IMG/VR virus record: IMGVR_UViG_3300044445_000085 | Location: 1 to 51,809 of that record | DNA: 51,809 nucleotides | Strand: one strand, 5' to 3' | From: a virus | Shown here: one piece after another, positions 32,357 to 40,160 of the stretch | Position numbering within the stretch: position 1 is the stretch's first letter | Layout of the letters: each line of letters starts with the position of its first letter | The notes under the pieces: model-generated | Told to the model about the DNA's origin: nothing | The model's database searches: none | The model's input: only the letters and a program-made list of their open reading frames with translations | Program-made: the position numbers and the translations under genes

Positions 32357-33600
32357 AGCAGCACGCCCTGGATCGGCTTGGCCAGCCGGCCGACGATCAG
32401 CGGCAGGTACGGGGCGTGCCGCTCGACCAGCGTGCACCGGAAGCCCTCGACCAGGCAGGCCTCCCCCGTCGTCCCGGATCCGCCGAACGGGTCGAGCACC
32501 ATGCCGCCGGGCGGGGTGACCAGCCGCACCAGCCACCGCATGAGGTCCAGCGGCTTGACCGTGGGGTGGGTCGTCTCGCCGTCCCGCGGGCGCTCCGACG
32601 TCGGGGCCTTGGCCTCCCACCGGAAGGTCGGGAAGTACCGGGAAGCGCCGCCGGGCTCGAGGTCGACGCGGTCGCCGGTGGTGCCGGTCTGCTCCCCGCC
32701 GTAGCCGATGCCCTCCCGGTGGGCGGGGTGCGCGCCGCCGCGGCGGACGCCGGTCTGCAGGTCGAGGTCGGCGGCGGTGCCGTCGTCGAGCACGACGTTG
32801 GTAGGCCACCGGCCGAGCTGGTGCGCGCGGGCAGCGACCCGGGGGATCGGGTCGACGGACAGGCCCAGCGACGTGCCGGGCGCGCGGGCGGCCAGCTTCT
32901 CCGGGGTCATGCCGGCGTGCTTGGCGTCGATCGCCGCGGCGTCGGCGGCCGAGGTGGCCGTGCGGGCCGCGTCGATGTGCAGCGCGCCGGTGCCGTGGGC
33001 CAGCACGGTGGCGGCGACGGTGCCGGCCAGCGGCTTCCGGCCCACCACCATGGGCTCGAACGCGGGCTTCAGCGCCGTGCCCCAGCCGTCCCAGTCGAGG
33101 GAGCCAGTGGCCTGGGCGACGTCGAGGGACTTGGGGAAGCCCTGCCCGTAGAGCCAGGCGATGGAGTCGCGGATCTCGAACCCGGCGTCCTCGACGCCGG
33201 AGGCGAGGCGGTGCCAGGTGCGGGAGCCGCCGAACGACACCAGGTGCCCGCCGGGCTTGAGCAGCCGGAGGCACTCACGGGCCCAGGCCTCGCACCAGTC
33301 CTGGAAGCGGGCGTTCGCCGGCCGGGAGAGGTCGTACCGGCCGGCTTCCATGGCTCCGGCGCGGGCCCGGCTGGTGCGGTGGTCCCAGGCGGCCTCGCGC
33401 TGGTGCACGCCGGGGGCGCCGTTGGACCGGAGCGGGCCGTAGCGGCCGGGCTGGTCCCAGGCGTGGCCCATGAACCCGATGCCGTAGGGCGGGTCGGTGA
33501 CCACGGCGTCGATCGAAGCGTCGGGCAGCAGCGGCAGCACGTCGAGGAGATCCCCGTGCCAGAGGGTCGCGGTCCCGTCCGACCAGTGCGGGCCGGTCAC
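32353..33600 (-). CDS. DNA methyltransferase, N6-adenine/N4-cytosine type (beta class)
   Basis: The 415-aa product has motif IV (VVTDPPYG) near the N-terminus and the AdoMet motif I (VLDPFGGSGTTGEA) near the C-terminus. Confidence 0.85.
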   Translation of the reverse strand: MTGPHWSDGTATLWHGDLLDVLPLLPDASIDAVVTDPPYGIGFMGHAWDQPGRYGPLRSNGAPGVHQREAAWDHRTSRARAGAMEAGRYDLSRPANARFQDWCEAWARECLRLLKPGGHLVSFGGSRTWHRLASGVEDAGFEIRDSIAWLYGQGFPKSLDVAQATGSLDWDGWGTALKPAFEPMVVGRKPLAGTVAATVLAHGTGALHIDAARTATSAADAAAIDAKHAGMTPEKLAARAPGTSLGLSVDPIPRVAARAHQLGRWPTNVVLDDGTAADLDLQTGVRRGGAHPAHREGIGYGGEQTGTTGDRVDLEPGGASRYFPTFRWEAKAPTSERPRDGETTHPTVKPLDLMRWLVRLVTPPGGMVLDPFGGSGTTGEACLVEGFRCTLVERHAPYLPLIVGRLAKPIQGVLL

Positions 33601-34016
33601 GACGTCGGCCCGTAGGGGTTGGCGGTCAGCTCAAGGTGGTCGGTGGAGTTCCCGACCTGCCGCTCCCGGGCAAACGCGGTGGCGTCGGCGTCACCGGCCT
33701 CCCAGCCCTCCTGCCAGGCCACGACGCGCGCCGCGGCCAGCTGCTCGCGGAGCCGGTTCCGCTCCTCGAGGAGGGCGTCGTAGGCGGCGTCGTGCCGACG
33801 GTCGGACTCCCGCTGGCCCTCCCGGTAGCCGGCCCGCTCGCCCTCGCAGATCCCGCGCCGGAGGTACTCGAGCAGGGCGTCGGCGATGCGCTCGACCTGG
33901 TCGGCGGAGGCGCACCCGCCCCAGTCCTCGTCGCGGCCCGTGAGCGCGGTCCACGCGGCCCGGTACGGCGAGGGCGGGGCGGGGACGACGTCGCGGAACA
34001 CGCCGAGGTCAGCCAC
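33597..34016 (-). CDS. Hypothetical protein
   Basis: The start is GTG and the product is 139 aa. It has an 8-nt overlap with the upstream gene and a helical, charged composition. Confidence 0.55.
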   Translation of the reverse strand: MADLGVFRDVVPAPPSPYRAAWTALTGRDEDWGGCASADQVERIADALLEYLRRGICEGERAGYREGQRESDRRHDAAYDALLEERNRLREQLAAARVVAWQEGWEAGDADATAFARERQVGNSTDHLELTANPYGPTS

Positions 34017-34332
34017 GGGACACCGCCGGGCGGCCGACCGCGGTGCTCCGGTGGTCCTCGACCAGAATCCACCCGGCCATGACGTCGGGGTCGCCGAGCT
34101 GGTGCTCGAACACGATGCCGAGGGCGCCGATGCCGGCGTGCCGGACCAGCAGCCCGCCGGCGCGGCGGGCGTTCGCCCGGTCGAGCACGGTCACGATCTC
34201 CTGCCCGTCGGCGGCCAGCATGGCGGCCTGGGCCTTGATCTGGTCGGGGGTGTGGGTGGCGGCGAGCTCGGCGCGGGCCTGGGCCCACGTCTTGCTGGCC
34301 AGCACCTCGAAGGGGTCGGTCAGGTCGGGCAT
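34009..34332 (-). CDS. Hypothetical protein
   Basis: The ATG follows GTGGAGGAGACACC. The product is 107 aa. Confidence 0.55.
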   Translation of the reverse strand: MPDLTDPFEVLASKTWAQARAELAATHTPDQIKAQAAMLAADGQEIVTVLDRANARRAGGLLVRHAGIGALGIVFEHQLGDPDVMAGWILVEDHRSTAVGRPAVSRG

Positions 34333-35849
34333 GGTGTCTCCTCCACGGTGACGATCGGGCAGTGCGGCAGCAGGCGGCGGAGCCCTTCCGCGGCCTGCTG
34401 GGGTACGACGCCGTTCCCGAGGAGGCGGAGGGCCTCACGGTCACGGACGGCGAGCAGCTCGAGGGGCTCGAGCAGGTCGGGCGGGAACAGGTCGAGCTGG
34501 TCCAGCTCGAGGGGGATGCCGGTGACGTGGCCCTCGGGGAGGCCCATCATCCACTCGACGGCGGCCGGGTTCAGCCCGTCGGATCCGGATCGTCGTCGGG
34601 CCAGAGGAGGAGGGGCGGGTCGTCCGAGGACGGCGGCCCACCGCGCGACGGCCGCGGCGTACTTGCCCCAGGCGTCTGATCCATCGGGCCCTTGACCAGC
34701 TGCTCGAGGGAGGGGCGCACCGCGGCGCCAGGTGAGGGCGACCGGTTTGTGCCGGCGGGGCTGGCCGAGGGCGTCGGCAGCAGCGGCACCAGGGCGTCGG
34801 TCAGCGTCGTCCCGGTGTGCGACGTCCCGGTGGTGGTGGTGTGCCGGCGTGCGCTCTCGGCGTCCGTGGCCACCGGGGTGGGCAGCAGCCGCCCGACCGC
34901 GTCCGGCAGGGAGTCGTCGCCCGTCGTCCGCGGCCGCCCGCTCCGGAGCCGTCCCGGGTCGGTGTTCATCCGGCCCTTGTGGTCCCGCGCGGTGGGCGTC
35001 GGCAGGATTGCCCCGGCCAGCGTCGGGTTCCCCCGCGGGTAGGCCGGCGTCGACCGGTCCCCGTCCGCGCGCACCGGCGTCGGCAGCATGTGCGCCACGG
35101 TCGTCAAGTCGTCCCCTCCCCCGCCGCCGCCGTGGTCCCTGCTCGCCCTCGCGTAATCCGGACCCGACTGGCCCAGCTTGGCCTCCGGAGTTGGCAGCAG
35201 GTCGAGCCGCAGGTCCCGCTTCCCCCGGGAGTCCTGGGGCGGTCCGCCCGTGTGGATCGAGCGGGTCGGCGTGGCCAGCAGACGGCCAGGCGAGGATGAA
35301 CACGCGGAACCGTCCGTGGGGGGCTCCGACGTCGGCAGCGCGTAGGCCGACCCACGCCGCGTCGTACCCGAGGTCGGCCAGGTCCCCGAGAACAGCGCCG
35401 AGGGCCCGGAGCTGGACGGGACCCGCCACGTCTGCGTCGTCGGATCCCAGGTTGCGGTGGGCTCGGGCACTGAGCAGACCCCTCACGTTCTCGATGACGA
35501 CCAGCGACGGTCGGAGGTTGGCGACCGCGGCGGCCACCATGGCCCAGAGGCCGGAGCGGGTGCCGGCGGCCAGGCCGGCTTGCTTCCCGGCCAGCGACAA
35601 GTCCTGGCAGGGGAAGCCCGCGGTGATGATGTCGACGGGCTCGACGGTGGACCAGTCGATCGCCGAGACGTCGCCCAGGTTGGGGACGTCGGGCCAGTGG
35701 TGGTCGAGCACCCGGAGGGCGGCCGCGTCGATCTCGGCGTGCCACGCCGGGGTGCCGCCGAGCACCTCGGCGACGGCCAGGTCGAGGGCGCCCGTGCCGG
35801 TGAACATGCTCCCCACGCGGGGAGCGCGGGGCAGGGTGCCCAGCGTCAC
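34320..35849 (-). CDS. DNA (cytosine-5) methyltransferase whose coding signal changes frame twice
   Basis: The GTG start overlaps the upstream stop (GTGA). Frame A carries FTGTGALD (motif I), GFPCQDLS (IV), ENV (VI), HGRFRVFILA (VIII) and, at the 3' end, EWMMGLP and GNGVVPQQ (X). The middle ~590 nt carry coding signal only in the frame of ORF 34571..35470 (LLPTP repeats). Confidence 0.8.
   Translation of the reverse strand: MTLGTLPRAPRVGSMFTGTGALDLAVAEVLGGTPAWHAEIDAAALRVLDHHWPDVPNLGDVSAIDWSTVEPVDIITAGFPCQDLSLAGKQAGLAAGTRSGLWAMVAAAVANLRPSLVVIENVRGLLSARAHRNLGSDDADVAGPVQLRALGAVLGDLADLGYDAAWVGLRAADVGAPHGRFRVFILAWPSAGHADPLDPHGRTAPGLPGEAGPAARPAANSGGQAGPVGSGLREGEQGPRRRRGRGRLDDRGAHAADAGARGRGPVDAGLPAGEPDAGRGNPADAHRAGPQGPDEHRPGTAPERAAADDGRRLPAGRGRAAAAHPGGHGRRERTPAHHHHRDVAHRDDADRRPGAAAADALGQPRRHKPVALTWRRGAPLPRAAGQGPDGSDAWGKYAAAVARWAAVLGRPAPPPLARRRSGSDGLNPAAVEWMMGLPEGHVTGIPLELDQLDLFPPDLLEPLELLAVRDREALRLLGNGVVPQQAAEGLRRLLPHCPIVTVEETPCPT
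34685..34691 (-). other. G_GGC_CCG heptamer at the point where the methyltransferase coding signal returns to the outer frame
   Basis: The minus strand reads gtc aaG GGC CCG atg in the middle frame. A -1 shift here yields ...VKGP-DGSDAWGKYAAAV..., which continues the C-terminal methyltransferase motifs. The site fits X_XXY_YYZ formally. Confidence 0.4.
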
Positions 35850-36274
35850 CGGGCGATGAGGGCCGGGGAGGCGGCGCGGGCCGCGGCGGCCGCGGTGTCG
35901 GCGATCGTCATGTAGTCGATGCCGAGGCCGCGGACCACGATGCCCAGCTCGAGCGCGGAGATGCGGGCGTTCGCGGCGTCCCGCTCGAGGGCGGTGGAGC
36001 CGGGGCCGTGCACGGTGGCGGTGGCGTCGACCAGCAGGGCGTGCACCTGGTCGACGGTGGCCAGCGCGGTCCGCTGGTCGAGGCGGACGGTCCGGCCCTG
36101 GTGCTCGCCGGCGACGACGGTCGCGGTGGCGTAGCCGTCGCGGCGCTCGCCGGTGGCGGAGACGGTGACGCGGGTGCCGTCGGCCAGCTGGTGCACCAGC
36201 AGCGTGCCGGTGAGGTCGTCGAGCTGGGCGTCGGACAGGAAGCCGGTGCGGACGGTGAGGGCGGTGCGGGCCAT
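35846..36274 (-). CDS. Hypothetical protein
   Basis: The ATG follows CTCTCTGTGGAGGAGAACACC. The 142-aa product starts MARTALTVRTGF, similar to the MARTATTTRT start of 38369..38725. Confidence 0.55.
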   Translation of the reverse strand: MARTALTVRTGFLSDAQLDDLTGTLLVHQLADGTRVTVSATGERRDGYATATVVAGEHQGRTVRLDQRTALATVDQVHALLVDATATVHGPGSTALERDAANARISALELGIVVRGLGIDYMTIADTAAAAARAASPALIAR

Positions 36275-36301
36275 GGTGTTCTCCTCCACAGAGAGCGTGC
36301 G

Positions 36302-36325
36302 GTGCGTACAGGTGAACAGTACACC
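36302..36325 (-). promoter_or_regulatory. Early-type promoter/operator motif, copy 3
   Basis: The minus strand reads GGTGTACTGTTCACCTGTACGCAC (-10-like TACTGT), 28 nt upstream of ATG 36274 and directly after a terminator hairpin. Confidence 0.55.
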
Positions 36326-36326
36326 A

Positions 36327-36361
36327 GCGGGCCCCGTCCACCAGTGGCAGACGGGGCCCGC
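36327..36361 (-). terminator. Stem-loop terminator
   Basis: A perfect 12-bp stem, GCGGGCCCCGTC (36327-36338) pairing with GACGGGGCCCGC (36350-36361), has an 11-nt loop. It lies 18 nt downstream of the stop at 36379. Confidence 0.65.
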
Positions 36362-36378
36362 GTGTCGAGCAGCAGCGG

Positions 36379-37065
36379 TCAGGCGCCGCGGAGCGTCCGC
36401 CACCGCGGGTACTCGTCGACCGTGGTGGCGGTGTTCTGGCCGATCACCAGCAGCCGGCCCACCACGCGGCACGGGTACTCGCGGCCGCGGTCGTCCTCGC
36501 CGCCACCCGGGCAGGGCGCCGACCGGGCGGCCTCCGGGTCCTCAAGCAGCTCGGTGTAGCCGCAGGACGGGCAGACGGCCAGCCAGTGCTCATCGGCGTC
36601 GCGGTCGAGGGCCCAGGCGTCGGGGGTGAGGCCGCCGCGGAGGGACGGGTCGAGCACCTCGAGCGCGTCGGCCTCGGCGGCGCCGTCGGGGTCGATGACG
36701 ACGCCGACGGCGGCCAGGGCCTCAAGCATGAACGGGGTGGCGGTGGTGTTGTCGCCGTCCTCGTCGGCGGGGCCGACCAGCACGGCGTTGCCGAACAGGG
36801 GCACGTGGGTGCCGGAGGCGTGGGCCCAGTAGGCGATCGCGCCGGGGTTGAGCGGGTCGTCGGACCGGGCCTCGTCGGGGAGGTAGAACATGCCGTAGTG
36901 GGCGAACCCGAGGCCGGTGACCAGCCCGCCGGCGTGGCCCTGCAGCTGGTCGAGGGTGGGGAGGCCGGCGACCAGGAGGCCGAGGGGGTGGGCCTCGTGG
37001 TCGGGGCCGATCTCGGCGCGGGCCTCGGCCAGCAGCACGACGTGGAAGGCGGGGGGCAGGGTCAT
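36379..37065 (-). CDS. Hypothetical protein (DUF3846-like N-terminus, C-terminal Cys cluster)
   Basis: The ATG follows GAGGAGCACCCG. The 228-aa product has FHVVLLAEA...LDQLQGHAGGLV...GNAVLVG and CPSCGYTE...PCPGG...YPC. Confidence 0.5.
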   Translation of the reverse strand: MTLPPAFHVVLLAEARAEIGPDHEAHPLGLLVAGLPTLDQLQGHAGGLVTGLGFAHYGMFYLPDEARSDDPLNPGAIAYWAHASGTHVPLFGNAVLVGPADEDGDNTTATPFMLEALAAVGVVIDPDGAAEADALEVLDPSLRGGLTPDAWALDRDADEHWLAVCPSCGYTELLEDPEAARSAPCPGGGEDDRGREYPCRVVGRLLVIGQNTATTVDEYPRWRTLRGA

Positions 37066-37166
37066 CGGGTGCTCCTCGGTCGGGTGGTGATCCGGTAAGT
37101 GACGGCGCTGGCGTGCTGGTGCCGACGGAAGGCGGCGACGTGCTCGGGGCACAGGGCCGCGTGCAC
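37062..37166 (-). CDS. Possible 34-aa ORF, or the downstream half of a TAG-interrupted gene
   Basis: The sequence stays coding-like (G/C third positions) in the same frame as 37191..37379, right after that gene's TAG stop. The ORF ends in a TGA that overlaps the next ATG (ATGA). The first in-frame start is GTG at 37164-37166. Confidence 0.35.
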   Translation of the reverse strand: MHAALCPEHVAAFRRHQHASAVTYRITTRPRSTR

Positions 37167-37190
37167 GGTGTCGGTGGTGAGGTGGTGGTC

Positions 37191-37379
37191 CTAGGCGTGC
37201 AGCTCGAGCAGGTAGGGGGCGGGCTGCCCGCAGCACCGGCGCGGGTCGGCGACCCAGGACGGGTCGACGGGGTCCACCGCGGTGCACGTCGACCAGTCGA
37301 GCAGGGGCCGGTCCTGCACCAGCATGGCGGTCTCGTGCCCGCCTGGCGTCCAGCCGTCGGGCCAGGGGCCGACGGTCAC
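37191..37379 (-). CDS. Hypothetical small Cys-containing protein ending at an in-frame TAG
   Basis: The GTG start overlaps the upstream stop (GTGA). The 62-aa product has ...DWSTCTAVDPVDPSWVADPRRCCGQPAPYLLELHA followed by TAG. Confidence 0.5.
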   Translation of the reverse strand: MTVGPWPDGWTPGGHETAMLVQDRPLLDWSTCTAVDPVDPSWVADPRRCCGQPAPYLLELHA

Positions 37380-38080
37380 CGGCTCATCCGGTGCACGACC
37401 TCGGCCGAGCCCAGGCCGGTGATGACGTAGGCCGCGCGGTTGCGGCGGAACGTCTCCGTGCGGACGACCCACCCGCGGCGCTCGAGGCGGGACAGGTTCC
37501 CGGTGGCGGTGCCCATGGCCCACCCGGTCTCGTGGTCCAGCTCGATCGACGTGAGTCCGCGGTCGCCCTGGGCGGCGACGCGGGCCGCCGCCTCGGTGTA
37601 CCTCGAGAGGCCGGCGTAGTCCGGGGGCAGGGTGAGCACCCGGGACCGGGACGGGCGGCTCGAGCCGTCGGAGGCCTCGACGGTGTCGGGCTCGCCCTTC
37701 CACCCGGCCTGCCGGAGGCGGGCGACGTCGCCGGCGACGGTGCCCGCGGACACGCCGAGCGCCGCGGCGATCGGCCGGTTCGGCATCCGGGCGGACTTCA
37801 TGCTGGCCACCAGGTGCGCCCGCTCGGTCGAGGGCAGGGCGAGGTCCCGGAGGTCCCCGAACCGGTCGGTGCAGTAGTCGTGCCAGGTGGGGTAGCCGAG
37901 CACCTCCCACGCGCGGCCCTCGCGGGCCTGCACCAGCTTCCGGATGCCGGAGCCGAGGTCGCGGCGGATCTCGGCGGTCAGCTTCTCGGCGCCGACGCGG
38001 GTGAGGTAGTGGCCGGTGGGGGACGCGGCGCCGGGCTCGACGGTGGCGGGGAACAGCTCGACCACGGCGGCGGCGCTCAC
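37376..38080 (-). CDS. DNA-binding protein (ParB/KorB-type HTH plus C-terminal winged-helix-like domain)
   Basis: The 234-aa product has AWEVLGYPTWHDYCTDRFG, RPIAAALGVSAGTVAGDVARLRQAG (HTH) and GNLSRLERRGWVVR (wHTH-like). Confidence 0.6.
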   Translation of the reverse strand: MSAAAVVELFPATVEPGAASPTGHYLTRVGAEKLTAEIRRDLGSGIRKLVQAREGRAWEVLGYPTWHDYCTDRFGDLRDLALPSTERAHLVASMKSARMPNRPIAAALGVSAGTVAGDVARLRQAGWKGEPDTVEASDGSSRPSRSRVLTLPPDYAGLSRYTEAAARVAAQGDRGLTSIELDHETGWAMGTATGNLSRLERRGWVVRTETFRRNRAAYVITGLGSAEVVHRMSR

Positions 38081-38322
38081 CGGGCGGGCCAGGTGGCGCG
38101 GACCTGGGCGGGGAGGACGGTGACGCCGTGCTGGCGGACGGCCTGGTCGGCCAGCACGGCGGCGCGGGCGACGCCGAGGCGGTGGGCGGCCGCGGCCACC
38201 TCGACCCGGGGCGGGTAGTTCGGGGCGGTGATCTTCCGGGGGCCGAGCTGGTCGAGCACGACGTCGAGCCCGGAGTCGCTGGCGGTGCGCTGGCCGCGTC
38301 GTGCGGCGTGGGCGGCGGTCAT
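38077..38322 (-). CDS. Hypothetical protein
   Basis: The ATG follows CTCTCTGTGGAGGAGACCACC. The product is 81 aa. Confidence 0.55.
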   Translation of the reverse strand: MTAAHAARRGQRTASDSGLDVVLDQLGPRKITAPNYPPRVEVAAAAHRLGVARAAVLADQAVRQHGVTVLPAQVRATWPAR

Positions 38323-38368
38323 GGTGGTCTCCTCCACAGAGAGCGGGTGGTGCGGGGCGGGTCTGGGG

Positions 38369-38725
38369 TCAGGCCGAGACGCGGGCGGCGGCGCCGGCGA
38401 TGCGGTCGAGGTCGTCGCCGTCGTACACCTCGACGGTGCCGTCGGCGATGTAGCCGAGCGCCCACGCCTCGACCTCGGCCAGCTCGGCGTCGGTCTCGGC
38501 CGGGCGACCGACGTAGTCGGCCCAGTTCTCGGTGGCGTCCTCAAGCGCGCAGAGGAAGGTCACGGACTGCGCGGCCTGGTGGTCCTGGGGGGTGGCGGTG
38601 GCGGCCTCGGCGACGGCGGCGAACACGTCGAGCTGGTCGCCGTTCTCGTCGGGGTCGATCCCGAGGCCGGGGAGCACCAGCGCGGTCTGGCCGGCGGTGC
38701 GGGTGGTGGTGGCGGTGCGGGCCAT
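38369..38725 (-). CDS. Hypothetical acidic protein
   Basis: The ATG follows CCGAGGAGCACCCG. The 118-aa product starts MARTATTTRTAGQ.... Confidence 0.55.
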   Translation of the reverse strand: MARTATTTRTAGQTALVLPGLGIDPDENGDQLDVFAAVAEAATATPQDHQAAQSVTFLCALEDATENWADYVGRPAETDAELAEVEAWALGYIADGTVEVYDGDDLDRIAGAAARVSA

Positions 38726-38749
38726 CGGGTGCTCCTCGGTGCGGTGTCG

Positions 38750-38770
38750 GCGTGCAGGTGAACAGTACGA
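38750..38770 (-). promoter_or_regulatory. Early-type promoter/operator motif, copy 4
   Basis: The minus strand reads TCGTACTGTTCACCTGCACGC (-10-like TACTGT), 25 nt upstream of ATG 38725. Confidence 0.5.
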
Positions 38771-38825
38771 TCGGAACCGGCCGGGTGTCCAGTCCACCGG
38801 CACACCGGCGCGTCGCGTGTCGCGG

Positions 38826-39155
38826 TCAGGCGGGGAGCAGCTCGGCCAGCTCGGCGGCGTGCTGCTCGGCGGCCGGGATCTCCCCGCGGGCGTGCAGCGC
38901 GTACAGGTCGAGGTTCAGCACCCGCACCGCGCGGCCGAGCGGGTCGCGCTGCCCGGCGGCCTGGGCGTCGCCGTGGTGGCCGACGGCGTCGGCGTGGGTG
39001 ACCAGCACCAGCCGGCCCGGCACGGACCAGGGGTCGCCGAGGCCGGCGTCGGGGGCGACGTGGCCGGTGGCCAGGTCGAGGACGATCACGGCGTCGGGGC
39101 GGTCGAGGACGTAGGCGACGTCGTCGCGGGTGAGCTTCGGGGCGGTGTGCGTCAT
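38826..39155 (-). CDS. Hypothetical protein
   Basis: The ATG follows GGGGAGGC. The product is 109 aa. It is the first gene after the strong terminator at 39210-39246. Confidence 0.55.
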   Translation of the reverse strand: MTHTAPKLTRDDVAYVLDRPDAVIVLDLATGHVAPDAGLGDPWSVPGRLVLVTHADAVGHHGDAQAAGQRDPLGRAVRVLNLDLYALHARGEIPAAEQHAAELAELLPA

Positions 39156-39209
39156 GCCTCCCCAACGGCATGCTGCTGGCCGACCTTGAGCCGGCCCCCT
39201 CGGACGGGT

Positions 39210-39246
39210 GAGGCCCCGCCCCCAGTGATGGTGGGGGCGGGGCCTC
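39210..39246 (-). terminator. Strong stem-loop terminator downstream of the terminase block
   Basis: A perfect 15-bp stem, GAGGCCCCGCCCCCA (39210-39224) pairing with TGGGGGCGGGGCCTC (39232-39246), has a 7-nt loop. Confidence 0.75.
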
Positions 39247-39292
39247 GGTGGGCCATACGGCCCGCCCCGTCAGGCCCTACGGCCAGGGGCAG

Positions 39293-39553
39293 TCAACGGC
39301 GGCGGCCGCCGCGCGGGTTGTCGGTGAGGCACCAGCGCCCGCCGCGGTGGGACTCCGAACAGCGGGCGAGGCACTGGCTCCCCCGGAACCAGCCGCGGAC
39401 CTTCCGGACGGACAGCCCGGCCCAGTCGATCCCTCGGTCGTCGCGGACGACGCGGAGGTGCGGGGGCTGCTCGGTGCGCGGGCGAGCGCCGGCAACGGCC
39501 GCCGGCGGCCGCGGAGCGCGCGGAGCGCGCGGCCCAGGTCGGCGGCCGGTCAT
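39293..39553 (-). CDS. Hypothetical basic protein
   Basis: The ATG overlaps the upstream stop (ATGA). The 86-aa product has G/C-ending codons throughout and a C-terminal CLARC...WC. Confidence 0.45.
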   Translation of the reverse strand: MTGRRPGPRAPRAPRPPAAVAGARPRTEQPPHLRVVRDDRGIDWAGLSVRKVRGWFRGSQCLARCSESHRGGRWCLTDNPRGGRRR

Positions 39554-39912
39554 GCCGTCAGCACCGCAGACAGCTCGGGGTCGGCCGAGCCGCGGACCAG
39601 GGTCAGCTGCCCGCCCGGCCGCTTCGCCCACCAGTACCGGCGACCGAACAGCACGGTGGTGCGCACGGGCTGGAGGCCGTCGTCCCGGATCCGGCGGGCC
39701 TCACGGTCCTCGACCGCGGCCCGGAGGCCCTCAAGGTCGGTGAGGATGCGGCGGTGGTCGAGGTGCTGGGCGACGCGCTGCTCGACGACGACCTCGGGGC
39801 CGTGCTCGCCGCGGATCTCCCGCAGGGTCGGGCCGTCGAGCACGGCAGTCGGGACGTCGAGGCCGCGGGCCAGGAAGTCGCGGTCGACGGGCGGCCGCTC
39901 GCCGGTGCTCAC
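39550..39912 (-). CDS. Hypothetical protein
   Basis: The GTG start overlaps the upstream stop (GTGA). The product is 120 aa. Confidence 0.5.
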   Translation of the reverse strand: MSTGERPPVDRDFLARGLDVPTAVLDGPTLREIRGEHGPEVVVEQRVAQHLDHRRILTDLEGLRAAVEDREARRIRDDGLQPVRTTVLFGRRYWWAKRPGGQLTLVRGSADPELSAVLTA

Positions 39913-40160
39913 TGGTCGCCGTCCGTGGACAGGCCGGCGTCCGGGGTCGCCGCCGCGGGGATCGGGTGCTGGCCGTCGTCGAGGCCGATCGCGGTCACCT
40001 TCCGGATCCGGTGCGCGCGGTTCGTCCGGACGTCGAGCTGGGTGGCGTCGGTGCCGCCGTTCGCGCGGAGCCGGGCGCACGTGCGCTCCAGCTCGCCGAG
40101 CGGCATGCCGTCGGCCTCGTCGCTCCCGTCCTTCTGGGCGGTGATGGTCAGGTCGATCAT
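39909..40160 (-). CDS. Hypothetical protein
   Basis: The ATG follows GTGGAGGAGTCCCC and overlaps the upstream stop (ATGA). The 83-aa product starts MIDLTITAQKDGSDEADG.... Confidence 0.55.
   Translation of the reverse strand: MIDLTITAQKDGSDEADGMPLGELERTCARLRANGGTDATQLDVRTNRAHRIRKVTAIGLDDGQHPIPAAATPDAGLSTDGDQ

Noticed and set aside
37191-37379. A WhiB-like transcription factor call for the small Cys-containing protein (and for 39293..39553)
   Set aside because: The first Cys followed by DPVDP is reminiscent of WhiB. However, the CxxC-x5-C cluster and the G[VI]WGG turn are absent, so the family assignment is not supportable.
39252-39285. The direct repeat GGCCATACGGCC / GGCCCTACGGCC next to the 39210-39246 terminator as a regulatory site
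   Set aside because: There are only two short imperfect copies in a GC-rich spacer. The pair recurs nowhere else in the window, and there is no associated dyad or promoter feature. It could easily arise by chance.
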